Part shown: positions 21,201-30,200 of the stretch, in pieces
Layout of the letters: the number at the start of each line of letters is the position of its first letter
Numbering within the stretch: the first letter of the stretch is position 1
Origin: Promethearchaeota archaeon
Lineage (GTDB): Archaea; Asgardarchaeota; Hermodarchaeia; Hermodarchaeales; Hermodarchaeaceae
Reading direction: 5' to 3'
Assembly (NCBI GenBank): GCA_048939245.1
Contig: JBHLPR010000006.1
Location: 12,504 to 68,925, forward strand
Length of the DNA: 56,422 nucleotides
Notes under the pieces: model-generated
Database searches by the model: none
Told to the model about the DNA's origin: nothing
Seen by the model: the letters and a program-made list of their open reading frames with translations, nothing else
Made by a program: the position numbers and the translations under genes

Positions 21201-24200
21201 CTCCTTTATCATCAAGTGTTACTTGGTCAATCCACCAAAACGTATCATCCCATCCAGGAATGTCATCTTCAACAGGTAAGACGCTGATTCCAACATTTCC
21301 TGTGTTATTATTAATTGGTTGGCCTTCGGCAGTTTCGTAATGTAATGTTAGATTCAGGCTTTCTCCAAAGGGCACTCCTTGAACTGCGTCCGCGAATCCT
21401 ACAGTTGGAGTTCCTGCTACGCGGACTGTGAATGTGGCTGAAGCATTGGCATAAAAGGGAGCATTACCGACCCATGTCACGTTGATATTAAAATCGTAGT
21501 AGACATCGACTTTGCCCATATCGCTAGCCAGAATGCGTATCGTAAAGACATAGTTGGGGTTCGAATAATCCGCGGCAACCCAATATTGGGTATCGAGCAA
21601 TGTACCATCTGAAGCATTAATCACATAGATGCGAACATCACTACCCCACGTGGTATTATCAATTTTCAATCCCGAAAGAATGTCAAAATAGTTTACATGG
21701 ATGGTAATGTTGTTCGCATAGCCTGTATCTGGTGGAAGTGTGATGCGGGCTTGTGTAGCTCTTTCTGTAGTCGTTAAGCTTGCAAGTACCCATTGAGGTT
21801 TATAGGTGGGTATGGGATCGAGCCAATCAATGGTGATGTTAACCTGCCAAATGCCTGGGCCCGGGGTGAAGCTGGAGTTGATATAGATATAGTAGATGCC
21901 ATTGCCAGCATCAAATACACTGTATTCTCCGGGATTTAATGTCCACGGGCCAATAGCGGCTACGGTGATGTCGGTTGCCCCTGCAATCCCTAACCCATTT
22001 TGTGAGCTGAGGTCGTCGCGAACCCGATAAATGACGGTCATGGTGAAGTTAGTGTTGTAGGCTGCTGCTTCGACGGGAGGTTTCTCAACTTCCGTGTAGA
22101 CAGTTCGAACATTAAAGCCCATACTGGGGATGTTCGCGAGTCGATATTGCGGAGGCAGAGAGGCATTAATGGCGATATGGTAAGCACGAATGGTTGGAAG
22201 GACGGATTGATCGATTTCGATGATATAGGCGCCTCCGCCTATAGAGTGAATCTGATAGCTGCTACCGAGGGTGAAATCTAGTCCCTTAACGGTGATGGTT
22301 GCGCCAAGGATTGGGCCTTCGTGGTAGATGCTTTGGACATCGAAGACAATGTAGTTGACGGTGATGTTGACATCATCGCCGAAGGGTTGGCTTGGTACTT
22401 GCGAATAGGCGAGGGTGGTAAAGAGTTGCCGGACATCTAGTGGCACATTATCCAATGCTGCTCCATAATAGTTAGCTCCGGCTGCAATTTGAATATCAAG
22501 ATAGTAGATTTGCACTTGATCGATGAACGCAGCATTGATTGTGATGATATATGTTCCTGGGGTTCCACTGGGTGCAGAATTGAATTGAATGCCTTCGGTC
22601 CACCCCGATATGGTGATTGTTGCTCCAGTGATTGCTTCGGTATCATGGGTGCTTCCTTCGTCTTGCACATGATAATGGACAAGAAGGGTTCCGTCATTTC
22701 CCCATGGAATCGGGGTCGCTGGCGTGAAGAGAAAAGAAGTTGCCAATGCTCGAATAGTGGCTGAAGTCTGAATTGTGCCATCATTATACTCTGCTGTTGT
22801 TTTCGAAGTAATAATAATCGCATGTGATCCAAGCGACCATGAAGCGGCTGGAAGAAGAACACTATAAACACCAGTCGTGATGTTGGTTACGAAAAGTGTC
22901 CAGTTGGTCCAATCGTAGATCCACCTGCTCCCTCCTGCTAAGATTGTAATACGCTCTATGCTTCCATCAAGCGGGCTGTTCAGGTCACTATCATTAACAC
23001 GCATGGTGAACCGAGTGTTATTATTCCAGGGGATTTGGGGGATGGGGTCAATATCAATTCGAATATTGTGTCGGCGAATTTGAATGGTGACTAATCCCCA
23101 TTGAATATCGTATCGTTCCGTATCAAGGGGATAGACCGTGACATTGAGCGTGTGGAGGAGCGTTGGCCATCCCTGCGCGGATAAAAGGAAGCTCAATGAA
23201 TAGTTTACAGCGGTTGGGCTTGGATAGCCAAGGCTGCCGGTGGTGGTCACATAGTCAAGGTAACTTTCGGGTATATCTCCACCCGTGTCGACATCTTCCC
23301 AGAATACTGTGATGTTTACATCTCCACCTTCTGGGATGGTGCTGGGTGGGTTGATGACGACATTCACGCGGTGACGTCGAATCGTGATTTGGGTTGTCGC
23401 CCAGGCATCACCATATTTTCTGCCTACTGACTCTGCGTACACTGTGACATTGATGGGATGGGTACCAAAGTTCCAAGGTGGCATCAAGGTCGTGTCTAGA
23501 TTGAAGGCAAGTTGGGTAAACCATTCCAGTTGTGAACCGGAGGTTCGGTTATACACGTAGGTCCTGTAAAGGTTGGAGGGGTCGATAGGGCTATTTCCTA
23601 AGTCGAGATCACGCCATTCCACAACGATGGGGGTGACGGTGCCCCAAGGTGTGGGGCTGGGTGGTTGTACGATGACGTTGGTGTAGTGGATGCGGATGGT
23701 AATGGGAATCTGTGCGGAGGCATGTTGGTAGAGGGCACTGGACGAATAGAAGTTAACTGTGACGTAGTAGGTGTTGGGGGATTGCCAGACGGTATCATCG
23801 GTGGTGTCAAGGTCAAAGGTGAAGGTATAAAAAGTCTGGTCGATGGCATCGGGGCAGTCGGTAATGGTAATATTATCTAAGTTCGAGGAGACATAGACAC
23901 CATCATCGAGGTCCCACCATTTGACAATGAGGTGGGTGGAGAGTCCCCAGGCAGTGGCGCTGGGTGGGGTAATATCAAGTCGCATGGCATGGGAGCGAAT
24001 GGTCACGGTAACGGGTCCACTAGAATTGTAATAGTTTGTATTGCCAAAAACCCAAACAGTGAGGGCATAACTACCAACGCTCCAGGTGTTTGTGGGAAGC
24101 GTGAAGATCAGGGCCGTATCCATATACGGGAGTCCAGGACCGGAACCGGCCACAGTTACGTTGTTGAGATTGATTTCAGCAATGAGGGCATCGATGTCTA

Positions 24201-27200
24201 CATCGCGCCAGTATACGACAAGTTGGGTGTCATCGCCCCAAGGTTCAGCGGCAGGGGGGTCAACGGTGACACTCACATAGTGTGCCCGAATCGTGATGGT
24301 GACCTGATAGGTGCCGATTTCATATTCTTGTTCGGGTATCACCAGTGGGTTGACAGTGACAGTAACAGTGTAGGAGCCTACATTCCATGTGAGGGTGTCA
24401 AGAGTAAAACTTAGTCCACTGAAGTCTTGATCACCGGTTGGACCACCCGTGATGGTCACGTTCTTAAGATTACTAGAATCGATGGTCATGCCAGTATCTA
24501 AGTCCTTCCACGTAATCGTCATCGGCGTATTAGCACCCCAAGGGGTGGGTGGTGGCGTTGGTACCACTATTTCGACACGATGGACGCGAATTCCAACGGT
24601 GACGCTGCCAACGGCATCACTGTAATATCGGGTGTTCGTAGCGTATATCGTGACTGTGAGAGTTTCGCCCATGCTAATTGGCCAAGTGCTAGTAATGAGA
24701 GTAGGTGTCAGAGTCAGAAATGATTGGTCACCACCTATTGGACAATTTGAGATGATGACTTGGGATAGGTTGTTGAGGGGGACTGCTGCTCCCGTGTCGA
24801 GATCGGTCCAAAGTATTACGAGATTTGTATCGAAGCCCCACGGGGTAGGGGCAGGAGTTTCAACGACGACGGCGGTGTAGTGGATTCGGATGGATACGGT
24901 GAGGTTTGAGCTGCTTTGATAATACCACCCTTGCCCGAGGTCTGGCTGTATGGTGACGGTGAGAATATGGTTGCCAACAACCCAGCCATTGGTATCAATG
25001 GTGAAGCTTAAGGCGAAGAAAGTCTGGTCGCCACCAAATGGACAATTCGTAACCACCACTTGGGAGAGATTACCTGTTGGGACATTTGTGCTTCCTAGAT
25101 CTAAGTCGACCCAACTAAGCACAATAGGTGTATCGAAGCCAAATGGGGTCTGACCAGGAGGAGAGACGATGGTTTGGGTTTGGTGGGGGCTAATGGTAAC
25201 AATTACTGGACCATTTCCTGGATTGTAGGAGGCATTGCCATACACCCAGACTACGAGGTTATGTCCGCCAACTGTCCAGCCGGAGGTGCTTAAGGTGAAT
25301 GCAAGTTGAGAGACCGAATAGGGAAGGTTTGGTTCGGTTCCAGTGACTGTCACGTTGTCAAGGGCACTAAGATCAATTAATGTGTCCGTATCTACATCCC
25401 GCCAAATGACGGTTAATTGTGTATTTTTGCCCCAAGGTGTGGGGGTGGGAGGGCTTACAGTGACGCTGACATAATGGGCTCGAATTGTAATAGTCAACTG
25501 GTAGTTGGCTGTTTCATATTCTGTAAAGGGTGTGGTGATTGGATAGACGGTAATATTGAGAGTATATTGACCGATACTCCAAGTGTTCGTAATTAGAGTG
25601 AAGGTGAGGCTGGTGAAGGTTTGGTCGCCACCCACGGGACAATCTGATACCACAATGGTATCGAGGTTTGCTCCGTCAATCGTAGTCCCAGTGTCTAGGT
25701 CCTTCCAGGTGACACTCATGTCAATGATATTGGACCCCCAGGCTGTCGGGGCAGGGGTGGGGACGACGACTTCGACGCGATGGATTCGAATGACGACGGT
25801 GACGCTTCCCCAGGCGTCGCTATAGGTGCGAGGTCCAGTTGTGGCGTATACGGTGACATTCAGAGTATAACCACTGCTAATATCCCAGCCTGCGGTATCG
25901 AGGGTGAAGGTGAGGCTGGTGAAGGTTTGGTCGATGAAATCGGGGCAGTCCGATACGACAACTTGGTATAGTTGTGCACCGGGGACATCGATACTCGAGT
26001 CGAGATCTGTCCAAATGACAGTGATTTGGGTATTAAAGCCCCAAGGTCTGGGATTTGGAGGTTGTACTATGACTCCTGTGTAGTGGATGCGAATTATTAC
26101 TGTTGTATTGGAGCTACTGCCAAGATATTGACTTGAGGATGAAAACGTTGTGACTGTAATTACGTATTCACCAATATTCCATGTGTCGGTATCGAGGGTG
26201 AAGGTGAGGCTCGTAAAAATCTGATTACCACCCACAGGACAATTGGACACTACAATTTGCAGAAGATTACCGCCAGGTACGTTGGCACTTCCCTGATCAA
26301 GGTCCAACCAAGTTACCGCCATTGGTGCATCAAACCCGAAGGGCGTTTGCTGAGGTGGCGTGACTACAGTTTGGGTTTGATGACCACGAATGGTCACCGT
26401 GACTTGTCCACTATTTAGTACGTAATCGGTGGTTCCATAGACCCAGACCGTTAACAGATGACTACCCACACTCCAGCCATTAGTGGTCAAGGTGAAGCTG
26501 AGAGAACTAAAACTCTGATCACCACCCACGGGACAGTTGGTGACCGTGACATTATCGAGATTGACTTCGGCAATTATGGAGTCAGTGTCTACATCACGCC
26601 AAGTAATTGCCAAGTCTGTATCATAACCCCATGGGGTTTGAGCTGGAGGATCAACAGTGACACTCACGTAATGGGCCCGGATAGTCACTGTTACCAAATA
26701 GTTTGTTATTCTATAGAGCTGTGGGCTCATTTCGGGAAATACGGTCACATTTAACGTGTAACTCCCTTGGCTCCAAGTGCTAGTGATGAGGGTAAAAGTA
26801 AGGCTTGTAAAAGTTTGGTCGCCACCGACAGGACAATCGCTAATGGTAATGTTATCCAAGTTAACACCAGCGATAGTGGTACCGGTGTCTAGATCTTTCC
26901 AGGTGACTGTCATATCCTCAATGTCGAAGCCCCAGGGAGTGGGAGGTGGTGTGGGGACGACGACTTCGACACGGTGAATTCGAATAACAACGGTCACTGA
27001 CCCCCAGGCGTCGCTATAAGCGCGAGGACCCGTTGTCGCATACACGGTGACATTAAGCGTGTAGCCAGTGCTGATAGTCCAACCCGTGGTATCAAGCGTG
27101 AAGGTGAGGCTGGTGAAGGTTTGGTCGATGAAATCGGGGCAGTCCGATACCACAACTTCATAAAGATCCCCGCCTGGAACTGCTGATCCAAGGTCAAGGT

Positions 27201-30200
27201 CACTCCAAAGCACTGTGATCTGAGTATTAAAGCCCCAGGGGGTTGGATCTGGAGGTTGCACCGTCACACCGGTATAATGGATTCGGATAACTACTGTGGT
27301 GTTGGAGCTGCTTCCCAAGTAGGAGCTCGATGACGAAAAAGTCGTAACAGTTAGAGTGTACGTCCCTACATTCCATGCATCCGTATCGAGGGTGAAGGTA
27401 AAGCTTGTGAAAGTCTGATCGCCGCCAACCGGACAATTGGAGACCACAATTTGTAAGAGGTTGGCACCGGGGACGGGGTTACTTCCTTGATCGAGGTCCA
27501 ACCAACTCACGATCACTGCTGTGTCAAGTCCAAAGGGTGTTTGTTGGGGTGGTGTGACCACGGTTTGGGTTTGATGGCCGCGAATGGTCACGGTGACAGG
27601 CCCACTTCCCGCTCTATAATCGGCATTTCCGTAGACATAGACTGTCAGCAGGTGACTACCCACGCTCCAACCGTTAGTAGTTAGGCTAAAGCTGAGGGTG
27701 GCAAAGGTTTGGTCGCCGCCCACGGGGCAGTTGGTGACTGTTACGTTATCGAGATTTATTTCGGCAATTATGGAGTCGGTATCCACATCACGCCAGGTGA
27801 TGGTCAGATCGGTATCGTAGCCCCAGGGAGTTTGGGCAGGAGGATCGACGGTGACGCTTACATAATGGGCCCGAATAGTAATCGTTACTTGGTAACTGGT
27901 TATCGCATATTCTTGTTGTGGGATCATGTTCGGGTATACAGTTACATTCAGTGTATAGCTACCTTGACTCCACGTGTTAGTGATAAGGGTAAAGATGAGA
28001 CTGGAAAAAACTTGGTCGCCACCGACAGGACAATCGCTAATGGTAATGTTATCCAAGTTAACACCAGCGATAGTGGTACCGGTGTCTAGATCTTTCCAGG
28101 TGACTGTCATATCCTCAATGTCGAAGCCCCAGGGAGTGGGAGGTGGTGTGGGGACGACGACTTCGACGCGGTGGATACGAATGACTACAATGACACTTCC
28201 TGAAGCATCACTATAGGATTGTGGACCAGTTTTGGCGTATACTGTGACATTGAGGAGATAACCAGCGCTGATATCCCATCCTGAGGTGTCGAGATTGAAA
28301 ATGAGGGTGGTAAAGGTTTGGTCGCCGCCTACGGGGCAATCAGAAACCACTATTTGAGATAATTCGCTTCCTGGGACGCTGCCACCAATATCAAGATCTG
28401 TCCAAAGAACGATGATTGTCGTGTAAAATCCCCAAGGAGTTGGATCTGGGGGTTGCACCGTTACGCCAGTATAATGAATTCGGATGACCACGTTGACTGT
28501 GGTGCTATCTCCTTCGTACCATCCAGGAGGATTTGCAGGATTTACGGTTACCGTGAGTACATAGGTACCAACCGACCACCCATTCGTTTGGAGCCAGAAT
28601 GAAAGACTACCAAAGGTTTGGTCACCACCCACGGGACAGTTGGACACCACGACGCTGGATAGGTTTCCTGGGACATCAGTTGCTGTTTCGAGATCAGTCC
28701 ATACTATTGAAATTAGAGTATTTTCACCCAGTGCAGTTTGTGCTGGGGGATCGACTATCGCTTGAGTCTGGTGGGCACGAATATGGAAGAACAGTCTTCG
28801 ATTTGCCCCCGCGTAGATATCTGTAGCATCATTTACTACAAGATAAAGTTCGTAAACATCAACTTGGGTAATGTCAATTGTATAAAGGGTTAAGCGATAT
28901 TGACCTGATCCAAGGTGTGTCCAACCAAAACTGCTTACGGCTGAACTATTTAAGGTACAAGAGACTTCGGATACCCCGATTGTAGTAATACCATCTCCGT
29001 GATAACCACTTGCTGGGTCATCCACGTCATAGTAGAAGATGATTTCTAGGTCATTTCCCCAAGGTTCAGGAGCCGGCGGATCATAGCTTAATATGGTTTG
29101 AAGTTCACGAATAGTGAAAGTCAGGGTTCCACTTGTACTGCCATATTTTGTATCCGTGGGATCCGCAGTGATTCGAAGTGAGTAGCTTTTGATGAGAGAG
29201 ATTTTACCACTTATTGCAAGGATGGTGACATTATAGGAACCGTCTCCATAGTTTGTGAATAGATAATCCACATCTTGTGTGAGAATGGTTCCATCGAGTC
29301 GAACCACAAAACTCGCACTAGCAATCGCATCGCCATCGTATTGACTCTCAAGATCGCTCACATTGAGGGTAAAGAGAATTTCCACATCCTCGTCATATGG
29401 AACAGCCCCCGGTGGATCGTAATTGATTGATGTGGAGATTTCTCGGACTACAATCGTTAGCACGAGTGTGCGGGTCGTGTAATAGTTTAGGCTAGCTTGA
29501 ATGCTAAGGGAATAGGTGCCAGGAGTAGGTCGAGACCCCGCATTTAAAGTGATATTGTACCATCCTGCGGTACCGTTGCTTGTTCCAGTGGGTCCCCAAT
29601 TGGTGGTTACGGTGGCTCCAGCAATTCCCTGACCACCTGTGTAGTTGTAAAAGACTTGGATGGTAAAGGATTCGTCATAGGGCACGGTTAGTCCTGGGGA
29701 CTGGGGGGAGGATAAGCTGGCGTCGCTTCGGACTTGGAGATTAATATTACAGGTGGCTTTTTCGTAGAAGGGTGCTGTGGCTTCTATGGAAAGAACGTAA
29801 TCGCCTGGGTCCAGCAGGTCATTGGCGATTTGGGCTTGGTAGCGACTCCCAACTTGGACAAAAATAATCGCGTTTCCATCAACAGTTCCATTGACACGGA
29901 CATTGCCGGTGGTGTTTCCAATAAATAAATTAGATCGGTCGGCATCCGTAAATGATACGCGTGGATAATAGTAACCTGAAGTGGAATGGGTCACCGTCAT
30001 CGGCGTGTCTTCAGGAGTTAGGTCGGTATCATGGGTCAGGTTAAAATACGTGGAATAGAATCCGGTGAAAATAATATCCGCATTGACTCCATTATCATAA
30101 CTTATACAGAGGGAATAGCGGCCTGCAGGGAAGTTCGCTCCGCTGGTGAACTCAACATAAAATGAGGTTGTTAGGGAGCCGGTCCATGAGTTGGTTTGGT

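Noticed and set aside
23598-28216. Many antisense or alternative-frame ORFs with repeated sequence inside gene B
   Set aside because: They are shadows of the coding repeat and its codon bias, with no independent signals.
24000-28780. Repeats considered as a CRISPR array or as DGR template/variable repeats
   Set aside because: They are in-frame coding repeats with no spacer structure, no obvious adenine-specific mismatch pattern, and no reverse transcriptase or cas gene in the window.
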